From the IMG/VR virus record IMGVR_UViG_3300006169_000035: DNA of 64,000 nucleotides; one strand, 5' to 3'. Within the stretch, counting starts at the first letter, position 1. Each line of letters begins with the position of its first letter. Shown here piece after piece: positions 8,962-18,900 of this stretch. A program made the translations under genes and the position numbers. This DNA is from an uncultured virus (IMG/VR IMGVR_UViG_3300006169_000035) (taxonomy: Duplodnaviria > Heunggongvirae > Uroviricota > Caudoviricetes). The notes under the pieces were generated by a model. The model saw only the letters and a list, made by a program, of their open reading frames with translations, searched no databases and was not told the origin of the DNA.

Positions 8962-10056
8962 ATGGCGCACGTGAACTCGCTGGTCCCCGCGTCTCGCTCA
9001 CAGCTGCCCGCCCGGCTCCGGGCCAAGGTCGGCCGGGCGATCACGGCCTGGTTCGAGCACCTCGGCGGCCCGTCCCGATCCTTATATAGGCGGGGGCTCG
9101 TCCACTTCGCCGAGTGGCTCCGGAGTCAGGAGGCCATCGAGCTCGACTCGGGACCCGACGCGAGGTCGGACGAGCGGGGGGCATGGGAAGACGTCGCGTG
9201 CTCGCGCGCCGGGCAGTACCTGCTCGGCTTCCCGTTCTACGAGGCGGTCCATCTGGTCGAGGCGTATCTCGCCGACTGCCTCTTCGAGGAGCCGAAGCTC
9301 TCGCGTGCCACAGCTCAATCCCGTCTCGCCTCGCTCCGATGGGCGACCCGAGAGGCTCGACGCCAGAACCTCATCGAGTGGGACCTGCAGACCGCGAAAC
9401 TTCCCCGACCGCGCAAGGACAAGGGCGGTCGCCTCGTAGAACGGGACGGACGAGACATGCGAGGGCCTGAGCCCGACGAGAAGCAGGCGCTGCTCTCCGT
9501 GGCGTTCAGCGAGGACGATCCTCGGATCGCCGTCATCATTTCGATGATGCTCAACGAGGGCTATCGCGAACATGAGGTTCGCCAGCTCGACTGCGAGGAC
9601 GTCGATCTCAAGAAAGGGATCGTGCTCATGGTCCGTAAGAAGCGGGGGCGCCCCGAGCCGTACCCGATTTCGGCCGTCACCATCCGAGCGCTTCGTCGAT
9701 GGCTCGAGCTCCGCGGAACCCAGAAGGGACCGCTCCTGCAAGGTGGGCGGTTCCCCCGGTTGTCACGCAAGCGGATCGGACAGAAGGCTTTGTTCCGCTG
9801 GGTGCAGCGCTGCTGCAGCACGGCACAGCTGCGCTACTTGAGCCCTCACCGTTTGCGTCACCGAGCGTGCACAGACATCGTCGACCACGCCGTGAAGATG
9901 GGGATCGCAGAGGAGCGGATCCTCTTCCTCACCGGCCACAGCAACCGCTCCGCGCTCCGGCCCTACTACGACGCGTCGAAAGACCAGGCTCCACTGCGAA
10001 GTCTTCTCGACGCCGCCTCAGGCCAAGCTCCGCCGAAGAAGGGCCGTAGACGATGA
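8962..10056 (+). CDS. Tyrosine recombinase / integrase
   Basis: Catalytic R (GYREHEV), K (RKKRG), HRLRH, LTGH and Y (RPYY); N-terminal SAM-like helical domain. Confidence 0.9.
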   Translation: MAHVNSLVPASRSQLPARLRAKVGRAITAWFEHLGGPSRSLYRRGLVHFAEWLRSQEAIELDSGPDARSDERGAWEDVACSRAGQYLLGFPFYEAVHLVEAYLADCLFEEPKLSRATAQSRLASLRWATREARRQNLIEWDLQTAKLPRPRKDKGGRLVERDGRDMRGPEPDEKQALLSVAFSEDDPRIAVIISMMLNEGYREHEVRQLDCEDVDLKKGIVLMVRKKRGRPEPYPISAVTIRALRRWLELRGTQKGPLLQGGRFPRLSRKRIGQKALFRWVQRCCSTAQLRYLSPHRLRHRACTDIVDHAVKMGIAEERILFLTGHSNRSALRPYYDASKDQAPLRSLLDAASGQAPPKKGRRR

Positions 10057-10343
10057 AGCAGCGCTGCTACATCTGCGACGAGCCAGCAGACGAGATCGAC
10101 CACTTCCCGCGATCTCGCTCACTCGGCGGCACTGAGACGCTCCCGATCTGCGCCTCGTGTCACACGGAGAAAGACCGCGCCACGATCGACGGATGGGATC
10201 CTGCAGCGTTCCATCAGGCGGTGCTCGGCCTGTGGAACAAGGCGGATGCCGCTGAGCGACTCGCGATCGCGAAGATGGTTCACGTCGTGAACCAGGCCAT
10301 CGCTTGCATCAAGAAGGCCGGACTCACGAAAGGGATGAAGTGA
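10053..10343 (+). CDS. Small HNH endonuclease-like protein
   Basis: CYIC...EIDHFPRSRSLGG...PICASCH. Confidence 0.75.
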   Translation: MKQRCYICDEPADEIDHFPRSRSLGGTETLPICASCHTEKDRATIDGWDPAAFHQAVLGLWNKADAAERLAIAKMVHVVNQAIACIKKAGLTKGMK

Positions 10344-10801
10344 TGGAGCCGCACGAGATCCTCGAACTCGACGATGCACCCGACAGCATCTGGATGGCGC
10401 TCAGCCTCGGTGACGGCGATAACATGCGGTACTACGTCGTCTTCATCGGCGTTATCGACATAGCCCACTGGATCGTCGAGCAGATGGCGCCCGTCGATGT
10501 GGCGTGCGTGAAGGCGACGATCCAGAGCCAGCGGTTCGCGATCGAGGGAGATGTCGGCGTCATCATCATCGGCGTGTTCCCGACGGTCGAGGAAGCCATC
10601 GCGATCGCGAGTCTCATCCACAACGCCGAGCCCGAGCGTTGGCCAGATCAGATCCGCAAGTTCATCGCCAACTGCCCTGACCGCGTTCTGCCTGCCTCGT
10701 TCATGAGTCGAGGGAATGCTGACGCGGTCGAACTCGTCAGGCTCGCTGCAGGACAGATGGCCGAAGCGACCGAGACGTTCATCATCCAACACCAGCAGTA
10801 G
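10343..10801 (+). CDS. Hypothetical protein
   Basis: MEPHEILELDD...; TGATG coupling. Confidence 0.55.
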   Translation: MEPHEILELDDAPDSIWMALSLGDGDNMRYYVVFIGVIDIAHWIVEQMAPVDVACVKATIQSQRFAIEGDVGVIIIGVFPTVEEAIAIASLIHNAEPERWPDQIRKFIANCPDRVLPASFMSRGNADAVELVRLAAGQMAEATETFIIQHQQ

Positions 10802-10807
10802 AAGACT

Positions 10808-11761
10808 ATGAGCAAGAACGACGGAAAGAAAGCACCACCCAGGCCCGAATCGCGCAAGGTCGCGTTCGAGTTCCAGCGAGGCACGTCCTTCAAGGCGCCC
10901 CCCGAGGATCTCGTGATCATCGGGCTCGACACGAAGGACGGCCCCGAGCACCCGCTCTACAAGGAGGACATCCACAAGCCGCTCGACGAAGCGTTCGTCC
11001 AGAACGTCGATGAGAACGGCGTGATCCAGCCGATCTCCGTCCGCAAGAACGGCACCGCCGCAGAGGTCACCTGGGGTCGTACGCGCGTGCGTGCGGCTCG
11101 CGAGGTGAACCGACGTCGAGCCAAGCGCGGCGATCCGCCGATCGTTGTCGAGTTCACGCTCAAGAAGGCCGAGCTCAAGTCTCTCCACGCCATGTCGGTC
11201 GCCGAGAACTTCGCTCGCAAGAAGTTCTCGGCCGTCGAGGAGGCGCGCGAGATGGAGAAGCTGATGCGCTCGGGCTACGACGAGGAAGATGTGGCGGTAC
11301 ACTTCGCGTGCAGCGTCGCGAAGGTCAAGAACCGCCGCGAGCTGCTCACGCTCGCTCCCGAGCTCATCGCCGTGGTCGAGAACGGCAAGGCGTCCGCGAC
11401 CGCAGTGCTCAACTTCAAGAGTCTCGACCACGAGAGCCAGAAGCAGAAGCTCGCAGAGCTCCTCTCCGGTCCGGCTCCGGTCTTGCGCGAAGACGACGAG
11501 CAGATCGTTCCTGCCGCGATCACCGAGACCAAGAACGGGAGCAACGGGAAGCGACGCTCGACGGCGCAGGCGGCCAAGGTCGCGATGGGCAAGCGCGTGC
11601 TGCCGAGCAAGAGCCAGCTCAAGAAGATGATCGAGCACGGCACGCTCAGCCAGGCCACGGCAGAGGACTACGCTCGCTGGGCGACAGGGGAGTGGCCCGC
11701 ATCGAAGGTCAAGGGCCTCAAGTCGGCGCTGCGTGCCGTCGGGATCGATCCGGAGGCGTAG
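10808..11761 (+). CDS. ParB/Spo0J-like partition protein
   Basis: GVIQPISVR, WGRTRVRAA, AENFARKKFSAVEEA and a following HTH. Confidence 0.85.
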   Translation: MSKNDGKKAPPRPESRKVAFEFQRGTSFKAPPEDLVIIGLDTKDGPEHPLYKEDIHKPLDEAFVQNVDENGVIQPISVRKNGTAAEVTWGRTRVRAAREVNRRRAKRGDPPIVVEFTLKKAELKSLHAMSVAENFARKKFSAVEEAREMEKLMRSGYDEEDVAVHFACSVAKVKNRRELLTLAPELIAVVENGKASATAVLNFKSLDHESQKQKLAELLSGPAPVLREDDEQIVPAAITETKNGSNGKRRSTAQAAKVAMGKRVLPSKSQLKKMIEHGTLSQATAEDYARWATGEWPASKVKGLKSALRAVGIDPEA

Positions 11762-11763
11762 CC

Positions 11764-12033
11764 ATGGATGCCTCCGACGATGATGTCTACGACGTTCTGC
11801 GCGACCGCGAGATCTCCATCGGTCCGTACATCGACGCGATCGCAGACGGCGACACGATCCGCGTCCAGGTGAGCTCCACCTTCGAGACCGACCTGCGCCG
11901 ACGCGTCACCGCGGAGGTCGGGCGCCAGCTCGCCGACATCCGGTTCGTCGAACTCAGCAACGATGCTAAGACCAGGATCATCAGGGCGATGATGCTCGGC
12001 GACATGCCAGTGATCGCGGATCCAAAGGCTTGA
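11764..12033 (+). CDS. Hypothetical protein
   Basis: MDASDDDVYDVLRD...; GGAGG upstream. Confidence 0.5.
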   Translation: MDASDDDVYDVLRDREISIGPYIDAIADGDTIRVQVSSTFETDLRRRVTAEVGRQLADIRFVELSNDAKTRIIRAMMLGDMPVIADPKA

Positions 12034-12539
12034 AGAAGATGGACGAGGATGGCGCATCACTTCCGAGCCGCGTAGTCGACCTGAGCGTCCCTCTTGACGA
12101 GTGCGATCTTCCGCGTGGAAGAGCAAGGGTCGTCAACGCCATTCTCAATGCCCGCTACCGATGGCCGGAAGTAACGACGCTCTACGACCTCACGCAGCTG
12201 CGTCGATCTGACCTCATGATGATGAAAAACATCGGCCGGAAGACGGTCTCGATCATCGAAGCCTGGCTTGCCGATTGGGGCCTGATGCTCCGACCGACGA
12301 TGGCTCAGGCAGAACTCGAAGCCAAGCTCGGCACGCAGCGTCGTCCGCGGGTCGCCATCGACGCCGATCGGTCCAAGCGGCTGTACGATCGAGGCCGAGC
12401 TGCCGGCTGGTACGAGGCTGCCGACTTCGTCGAGGTGCACACCGGCAAGCGCTTCGGCAAGCCGCTGGCGAAGAACATGCGTGATCACGCGAAGGAACTC
12501 GCGCCGGCGGGCTCCAGAGAGAAAGAGTGGAAGCCATGA
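12030..12539 (+). CDS. Stand-alone RNA polymerase alpha-subunit C-terminal-domain-like protein
   Basis: LSVPLDECDL..R..NAI..TTLYDLTQL..SDLMMMKNIGRKTVSIIEAWLADWGL parallels alpha-CTD ([37 protein letters not shown]..GL). Confidence 0.8.
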   Translation: MKKMDEDGASLPSRVVDLSVPLDECDLPRGRARVVNAILNARYRWPEVTTLYDLTQLRRSDLMMMKNIGRKTVSIIEAWLADWGLMLRPTMAQAELEAKLGTQRRPRVAIDADRSKRLYDRGRAAGWYEAADFVEVHTGKRFGKPLAKNMRDHAKELAPAGSREKEWKP

Positions 12540-14149
12540 GCGAAGGTCTCTACGGACGATGCGACTGCGGTCGCGCCCGCTACCAGCCGGGGGAGAAGTG
12601 CGCCACGTGCCAGCTCGACGACATGCGCCGCCGGCTCAACGACACAGTGACCAACCAACTCGTCGAGCGCAACAACGCCCTGCGACAGATCCTGATCGAA
12701 TCCGACTACGACGCGAGTTCGATCGATGTCGCCGTCGATCGCATGATCGAGGCGCGCAGGCTACAACCGATCCCCGCCGGCGGAGCTCACTACGCCGCGG
12801 CCGCGGCCGCCCTGCGCCGTGTCGTGAGCCCGACACGCGTCTTCGACAAGACGATCGGGCAGCTCGACCGCGTGCTCTCGGAGCTGATGCTCTTCAAGCG
12901 CCTCGCCAAGCGCAACGACCTCGATGCTGCCGACAAGCAGACGCTCAAGCACCATGCCGAGGACATGCGCGCAGCCGCGGACAGCATCCTCGCCGAGCTC
13001 ACGACCACAGAAGCCACGCCGCAACCCGAAGCGATCCGAGCGCATGTAACACTCAAGCTCGCGCATCGCACGTATTCCAGCGCCGACGTGTCCGACCAAG
13101 CCGCCTCCGAGGCGTCCAGCGCCCCCAAGAAGCTGGGCGCCTCGGAGGTTGGGGCTGAGGTCGAGGCCATCATCACGGGCTGCGTCGACGAGCTCTGCGA
13201 GACCTGGGACTTCTCGGTCGAGCAGGTTGGGCACTTCCATCAGCGTCTGCGCCATCTCGTGTCGGACTGCCACGGCATCATCGAGCGCGACGTACGGCTC
13301 GAGCTCCGCGAGGACGAAGAGTCCCGAGTGTCACTCGACGCGGATGACTACCAAGCGATCGCAGAGCTCAACGGCGATAGCCCGGTTGACTTCGGAACCT
13401 TCTCCAACGGTGCCCCGAAGAACGAGATCGATCCTCCGGACGAGATCGATCCACCGGACGACGGAAGCCCGTGGCGAGCGATCGCTATGCGCGATCGCAA
13501 GCGGTGGCTCGAAGACAATCGGATCGTCAAAGATCTGACCGTGGCTTGTTCTCGACTGGAGCGCGACCTCGCGACGGCTCGAGCATCAGAGGTGAACGCG
13601 ATCAACGATCGCGATGACGCACGAGCCCGCCTCGCCGAGGTCTCTCGTGTTCTCGATAGCCCGCTCACGTCTGACTTCCTCGGCGCGCTGCCGAAGGAAG
13701 CGGCACACCAGGTGAAGCGCTGGGGCACGAAGCACGATGCCGGAAAGGAGCCGCAGGACTGGTTTTGGTTGCTCGCGTACTTGAGCGGCAAGGCCCTGCG
13801 CGCCGCAATCGACGGCGACGTCGAGAAGGCGAAGCACCACACGATCAGCAGCGGCGCAGTGCTCCTGAACTGGCATCGCCATCTGTCTGGCCAGGACTCG
13901 CTCTTCCGTTCCGGCATCGAGCCGCCGGTTCCTGACCAGAGCTACGAGAGATGCGAGGCGACCGACGGCGACCCGAGCGACGTGACCGCCGTGATCTGGG
14001 AATGCCAGCTCGCCGCGGGACACACCGGCATGCACGCTTCGCCGACGGCGGACCTCAAGCACGTGCACATCTGGGGCACGTCGGACGGGTTCGAGCGCCA
14101 GGACTACCCGCTGCCAGAACACGACCAGTCGAACGGAGAGAAGGAATGA
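12536..14149 (+). CDS. Large mosaic hypothetical protein; possible MazG-like helical domain near the C-terminus
   Basis: Zn-finger N-terminus, coiled coils, EAAHQVKRWG..HD..K..DWFWLLAYL.GKA segment. Confidence 0.55.
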   Translation: MSEGLYGRCDCGRARYQPGEKCATCQLDDMRRRLNDTVTNQLVERNNALRQILIESDYDASSIDVAVDRMIEARRLQPIPAGGAHYAAAAAALRRVVSPTRVFDKTIGQLDRVLSELMLFKRLAKRNDLDAADKQTLKHHAEDMRAAADSILAELTTTEATPQPEAIRAHVTLKLAHRTYSSADVSDQAASEASSAPKKLGASEVGAEVEAIITGCVDELCETWDFSVEQVGHFHQRLRHLVSDCHGIIERDVRLELREDEESRVSLDADDYQAIAELNGDSPVDFGTFSNGAPKNEIDPPDEIDPPDDGSPWRAIAMRDRKRWLEDNRIVKDLTVACSRLERDLATARASEVNAINDRDDARARLAEVSRVLDSPLTSDFLGALPKEAAHQVKRWGTKHDAGKEPQDWFWLLAYLSGKALRAAIDGDVEKAKHHTISSGAVLLNWHRHLSGQDSLFRSGIEPPVPDQSYERCEATDGDPSDVTAVIWECQLAAGHTGMHASPTADLKHVHIWGTSDGFERQDYPLPEHDQSNGEKE

Positions 14150-14349
14150 AGAACCCCAACACCATCGCGCGTCCCGGGGCGAGATACAGGCACTTCAAGG
14201 ACGTTCTTGTCACCGTGCAGAGCGTGGCGGTCCACGCCGACAGCGGGGAGTTGCTCGTGATCTACACGATCGATGGAGCTGACGGAACGGTGTGGGCTCG
14301 CTCGCGTCAGAAGTTCGAGGACGGTCGTTACACACGCGTCGAGGAGTAG
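14146..14349 (+). CDS. DUF1653 family protein
   Basis: GARYRHFK...VAVHADSGELLVIY...VWAR...F. Confidence 0.8.
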   Translation: MKNPNTIARPGARYRHFKDVLVTVQSVAVHADSGELLVIYTIDGADGTVWARSRQKFEDGRYTRVEE

Positions 14350-14353
14350 TCGA

Positions 14354-14692
14354 ATGGCTCAGGACTTTCACGATCGTATTTCCGCACTCGACATCTACAT
14401 GGCAAACGATTGCATCGTCGCCATCGATCCGAGCGATGTCGTCACGTACGCTGTCTTTGTTCGTGAGCGAAAGCCGGCTCCAAGGAGTGCTCCTGGCGGC
14501 TGCCCCGAGCTAACCGTCTTCATTCCTGGATGGCTCAACGACTCTCCGCGGATCGGAGTTTCCGTGTTCCAGCGGGATGGAAAACCGGTGTGGCGCTTCG
14601 ATTCCGGAGACGAAGTGCATTGCTTGGACGATTTCATTCGCGAGCTCGACAGTCGGCTTCCTCAGCTCGCTCCCAAACCCGGAGCATCGTGA
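14354..14692 (+). CDS. Hypothetical protein
   Basis: GAGGAG RBS then MAQDFHDR... Confidence 0.5.
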   Translation: MAQDFHDRISALDIYMANDCIVAIDPSDVVTYAVFVRERKPAPRSAPGGCPELTVFIPGWLNDSPRIGVSVFQRDGKPVWRFDSGDEVHCLDDFIRELDSRLPQLAPKPGAS

Positions 14693-15198
14693 TGATCCGG
14701 ATCAAACGAGACTGGAAGCCGCCGTCGCCGGTCTTGCTCGGGCAGATCACACCTGCAGCGATCGATGTCGAGTGGACGATCTTCCAGTCGTCGGTGCCGT
14801 ATCCCTTCCCGCAGAAGGTGCTCGTGGCGACGCGAGGGTGCGGCGAGCACCCGCTTCACCTCGACGAGCTGCGCGAGTACCTGCAGCCGGAGGCAGCCGC
14901 GAAGCGTTTCGCCACCTGGAAGGCGTCGCTACGGATCTCCGCCTCCTCGGCCTCCGACTCGTTCGCTGATGCTCGCGCTCATATCGACGGGGGCTACCCG
15001 TGCTCGGGGATCGCAGCCAGCTGGTGTCCGAACTGTGGCGACTGCACGTGCCCTCGCGACGAGGACGGATCGCCGGTTACTCGCGTTCGTGAGACGGCAT
15101 TCTGCTCCCGGACCATCGTCTCGTCCGAGGTCGTACACAGCGAGAGCTGTCCGCTGCACTCTCCAAACAGCCCTCACGCGACAGGAGCAGTCGATTGA
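14692..15198 (+). CDS. Hypothetical protein with Cys-rich C-terminus
   Basis: CSGIAASWCPNCGDCTC...CPLH. Confidence 0.55.
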   Translation: MIRIKRDWKPPSPVLLGQITPAAIDVEWTIFQSSVPYPFPQKVLVATRGCGEHPLHLDELREYLQPEAAAKRFATWKASLRISASSASDSFADARAHIDGGYPCSGIAASWCPNCGDCTCPRDEDGSPVTRVRETAFCSRTIVSSEVVHSESCPLHSPNSPHATGAVD

Positions 15199-15527
15199 CC
15201 AACGGGGCCAAGATCCTCGCTGCCATCGAGCGAGCTCACGGTCGCAAAGGTCGCTCCACGGTCCTGGTGATCGGGACGTGGGACGTCGTGTTGGTGTGCT
15301 TCGAAGTCGCTCCCAACCTGACGCTCTGGCATGTCGCGCTCGAGCCGTTGTGGCACGACGGCAACAATCCGCACGAGCGCGAAATAGTTCAAACCCTGCG
15401 AGACACGACCTGGCTCGGCTTCGACATCGCACTCCGAACCTCCGTTACACCTCTGCCGATCGATCACTCCTACGTCTGGCTCGTCCGAGAGATCCCATGT
15501 CCACCAAGCACACCATCAGCTACGTGA
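15195..15527 (+). CDS. Hypothetical protein
   Basis: GGAG RBS plus TTG start overlapping the previous stop. Confidence 0.45.
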   Translation: MTNGAKILAAIERAHGRKGRSTVLVIGTWDVVLVCFEVAPNLTLWHVALEPLWHDGNNPHEREIVQTLRDTTWLGFDIALRTSVTPLPIDHSYVWLVREIPCPPSTPSAT

Positions 15528-16234
15528 CCTACCAGCACCCGACCGAAGGACTGCTCGTGCGCGGCACCTGGCACCTCGGCAACGAGAAGCCGTGGGTACA
15601 GTCGTGGCGCCGGTGCGAGAACGACGGCAAGCAGATCACGCCCGAGGAGACGCTCGGGCATGGCGTCGACATGACGAGCATCGAACTTCGGAACGATGGC
15701 GTGGTCAACGAGGCGCCTGAGCTTCGCGTCGGAGTCACGGCCGAGCACGGCGAGACGCACGGCGAGCTCAACGAAGGCGGGATCCGAATCGAGTGGGGCG
15801 GAGCCTGTCCGGTGCAGGGCATGGGCTCCGTCGACGGGCGCACGCTCTACTACCGAGCTCGTGGATCCGGATGGAGCGTCGACATCGCCGAGGGCGGCCC
15901 CGAGGAGATGAGCTTCGACCAGAACTGCTACATCTGGCCTGACGGCGGATGGGTGAGCCCCGCGGAGTCGGAACGCAACATCCGCTTCGCCGTCGAGCAG
16001 TGGCGCGCCAAGATGCGGGAGCCTTGCCGGCCGGCGAAGCTGCTCGTCGAGGCCGAGTTCGACGCGTCCGGAGCTCTCGTCGTCCGCCTGTGGTCCAACG
16101 GTGCAGACGGATCTCCTGTGACGTACTGCCTTCACGACCTCGAACGCGTCGGATCGATCGTCGCCGCGATCGGGATCAACGGGTGCGCGCCGGCGAGCTC
16201 GCACCACGAAGATCTCCTGCTCCGAAAGGGATAG
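15497..16234 (+). CDS. Hypothetical protein
   Basis: MSTKHTISY...GACPVQGMGSVDGRTLYYRARG. Confidence 0.55.
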   Translation: MSTKHTISYVTYQHPTEGLLVRGTWHLGNEKPWVQSWRRCENDGKQITPEETLGHGVDMTSIELRNDGVVNEAPELRVGVTAEHGETHGELNEGGIRIEWGGACPVQGMGSVDGRTLYYRARGSGWSVDIAEGGPEEMSFDQNCYIWPDGGWVSPAESERNIRFAVEQWRAKMREPCRPAKLLVEAEFDASGALVVRLWSNGADGSPVTYCLHDLERVGSIVAAIGINGCAPASSHHEDLLLRKG

Positions 16235-16236
16235 AC

Positions 16237-16845
16237 GTGACCGAACCAGAATCCTTTCGTCGTCGTCAGGCTGCGACCGTCGTAGCCCACCTGAGCGACT
16301 TCAACCCCGAGCTACGTACGCACGGGTTCGGCGATGACCAGTCTGACCAGTGGAGCGTGGCCGTTCGCGTCCCCGACTCCGCCGAGGATCTCATCGTGAT
16401 GGCGCAGGATCTGCTTCTTTGCGTCGAGCCCCACAGCCATGGTGAGCCGTTGTTTCCGATCTCACCCGAGGTGCTTGCAGCGGTACGTCAGGCAATCGAG
16501 CAGACCGAGGTGGCGTTCCGTCAGATCTGCGACGAGCGCAAGCCCGCCGGCGAGGATTTCATGGGCGACTGCATCGACCCCGCGGCGTCCATCGACATGC
16601 GGCGCTCCGATACCCCTGAGTCCCAAGCCCGAATTGTCGTCACCAACCCCGCCGACATCCCGCGAATGCCGATCCCGATGATCCTCACCTGTCCGTGCTG
16701 CGGGGCTCGGCACGTGGATCGTGGCGAGTACGCCACCAAGCCCCACCACACGCACGCGTGCCAGAGCTGCGGGATCTGCTGGCGTCCAGCCGTGCAACCG
16801 ACGGTCGGCGTACAGTTCTTGCCCGGCTTCAAGGACGATCCGTGA
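16237..16845 (+). CDS. Hypothetical protein with C-terminal Zn ribbon
   Basis: CPCCGARHVD...PHHTHACQSCG. Confidence 0.55.
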   Translation: MTEPESFRRRQAATVVAHLSDFNPELRTHGFGDDQSDQWSVAVRVPDSAEDLIVMAQDLLLCVEPHSHGEPLFPISPEVLAAVRQAIEQTEVAFRQICDERKPAGEDFMGDCIDPAASIDMRRSDTPESQARIVVTNPADIPRMPIPMILTCPCCGARHVDRGEYATKPHHTHACQSCGICWRPAVQPTVGVQFLPGFKDDP

Positions 16846-17098
16846 GCACCGCCCTCGAACTCTACCGTGTGTACTGGCAGCGCCAGATCGCGATTGCGAA
16901 CACGCTCGGGCTGCCGCGTCCTGTGATCGGTGGCCGGATGCAGCGACGCAAGAGGGTCGCCATCCGCAACAGGATCTGGCTGACCAAGGATGAGGTCGCC
17001 GAGCGTGACGCCGAAGCGATCGGCGAGACATACAGCCACGTCTATGAGGAGCTCCGTCGCGTGTTCGACTGGGCGCCGTCTTCAACCAAGGAGGAGTC

Positions 17099-17404
17099 AT
17101 GAGCCCGTACAAGAACGATCCGCCACTGCCTGATCCGATCGTCGAGACCTACCAGGAGCTGCACGCAGCCCGTGCTGACATCGATCACGTCGAGCACGCC
17201 TCGGTGATCACCAACATCAGCGCCGACTGTGCGGTCGCCACGCTGCTCAACAAGCCGTGCGCATCGTCGACGCACGAGGCCGCGATCGCGATCGAGCAAC
17301 CAGACGTCAACGTCACGGTCGACATGGAACCCGTCGGGATCGGCCTGAGCATCTTCGGCTTCTGCATCGCCGCGGCCGCAGTCGTCATCGCGCGGAGGAT
17401 GTGA
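17099..17404 (+). CDS. Small protein with C-terminal TM helix
   Basis: GGAG RBS; VGIGLSIFGFCIAAAAVVIA. Confidence 0.55.
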   Translation: MSPYKNDPPLPDPIVETYQELHAARADIDHVEHASVITNISADCAVATLLNKPCASSTHEAAIAIEQPDVNVTVDMEPVGIGLSIFGFCIAAAAVVIARRM

Positions 17405-17730
17405 TGGAGCTCGCCTGGATCATCACGTGCGCCGCGCTGCTCCTGCTCGTCATCACACGTCACTCCCTCTACCGGACACGCCGACAGCTGACGCTGCAGC
17501 TCATTCGCGAGCTGTGTGCCCGACCGCATCGCAGTGACGGCGTCACGGGCCTCGACATCATTCGGGCATCGGACGAAGTTCTTCCTCGCGGGGTGATCCA
17601 CGTGATCCTCGGCAACCTCGTCGACGAAGGCCTCATCGTCTACGAACGCGATCCGGCGGACGGTCGCTACTTCTACCTGCCAGTCGTCCGCGAGCAGCGA
17701 GCCGTCGTCGGCTCGAGGAAGCCAGGTTGA
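17404..17730 (+). CDS. Membrane-anchored winged-helix (PadR-like) protein
   Basis: N-terminal TM, then TGLDII...RGVIHVILGNLVDEGLI...RYFY. Confidence 0.55.
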   Translation: MELAWIITCAALLLLVITRHSLYRTRRQLTLQLIRELCARPHRSDGVTGLDIIRASDEVLPRGVIHVILGNLVDEGLIVYERDPADGRYFYLPVVREQRAVVGSRKPG

Positions 17731-18408
17731 ACCGTGAGCGACCCGACCGAAGACCCTGTCATCGCGAACCAGGCGAAGATCGCCCAGCTCGCCGTCGCTC
17801 GTGACCGATGCGAGCGAGCCTCCTTCTTACTCGGCGGCATCATCGAAGATCTCTCGGCTCCTCCGCCGGAGCAGTTCGACAACGGCGAGCGTCTCCGCAA
17901 CGCCGGCAGTGCACTCTACGAAGCCCTGACCCGACTCGTCGCACTCGACGACAGGATCCCCAAGGTGAAGACATGAAGGACTTCATCTCGTTCGCGTGGT
18001 GGCGGATCTGCGTCGTGCTCGTATCGACCGGCATCATGCTGTGCGGAGTCTCGACCGCAGTGGAGCACAGCGAAAACCGTATCGTCGACGAGCAGTGTCG
18101 CGAGGTTCTCAAGTGCATGGACCTCGGCGTAGCGCGTGACCACTGTGACGCGCTCTATCCCTCGTGCCCGGAGCGTGAGCCATGAGCGAGTGGAAGCCTA
18201 CGCGCTGGCAGCGACGCGACGACAACGGCTACGAGCTCACCGTCCTGCAGCAGGGCGATCGGTTCACGTGGACCGTCGAACTTGGCTTCACGATCCGCAT
18301 CGACGAAACCTGCCATCGCGACGTCGCGATGCGAGAGGCCGAGGAGTTCGCTCAAGACGACTATGAGAACCAGTGCGCGGCGCGACGCGAGCGCTGGAAG
18401 GGGGCGAC

Positions 18409-18885
18409 GTGAAGGTGATCAGCCTCTGGCAGCCGTGGGCAACGTTCATGGCGATTGGCGAGAAGGAGATCGAGACCCGCGGCAAGCGGACCCATCACCG
18501 TGGGCCACTTGCGATCCACGCGGCTCGGCGTTGGGAAGCCGACCAAGTCGAGTTCTGCCGTAGCTGGATCCCGGCCCAGATCCTCGCTCGCACCGGCTAC
18601 ACGTACCTCGGCGGGACGAACCTTCCTCTCGGTGCCATCGTGGCCGTCGTCGAACTCGTCGACTGCATCCCGATCTCCGACCCGGCGCAGTGCGGGTTCG
18701 ACTGGTTGTCGGACCGAACGATCTCGGACACCGAGAAGGCGCTAGGCAACTACTCCCCAGGTCGTTTCGCCTGGCTCACAACCAACCTCCGCCAGATCCA
18801 TCCGCCGATCCCGTATCGCGGAGCTCAGTGGCTCTTCGACATCGAGGAAGCCATCATCAACGGAGCCCTCTCCGGCTCGCCGTAA
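18409..18885 (+). CDS. ASCH domain protein
   Basis: ISLWQPWATFMAIGEKEIETR...RGPLAIHAA...GAIVAVVELVDC. Confidence 0.9.
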   Translation: MKVISLWQPWATFMAIGEKEIETRGKRTHHRGPLAIHAARRWEADQVEFCRSWIPAQILARTGYTYLGGTNLPLGAIVAVVELVDCIPISDPAQCGFDWLSDRTISDTEKALGNYSPGRFAWLTTNLRQIHPPIPYRGAQWLFDIEEAIINGALSGSP

Positions 18886-18900
18886 CCCGAAGGACCGATC

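Noticed and set aside
13423..13458. 18-bp duplication encoding EIDPPD twice
   Set aside because: Only two copies in a linker; no further structure
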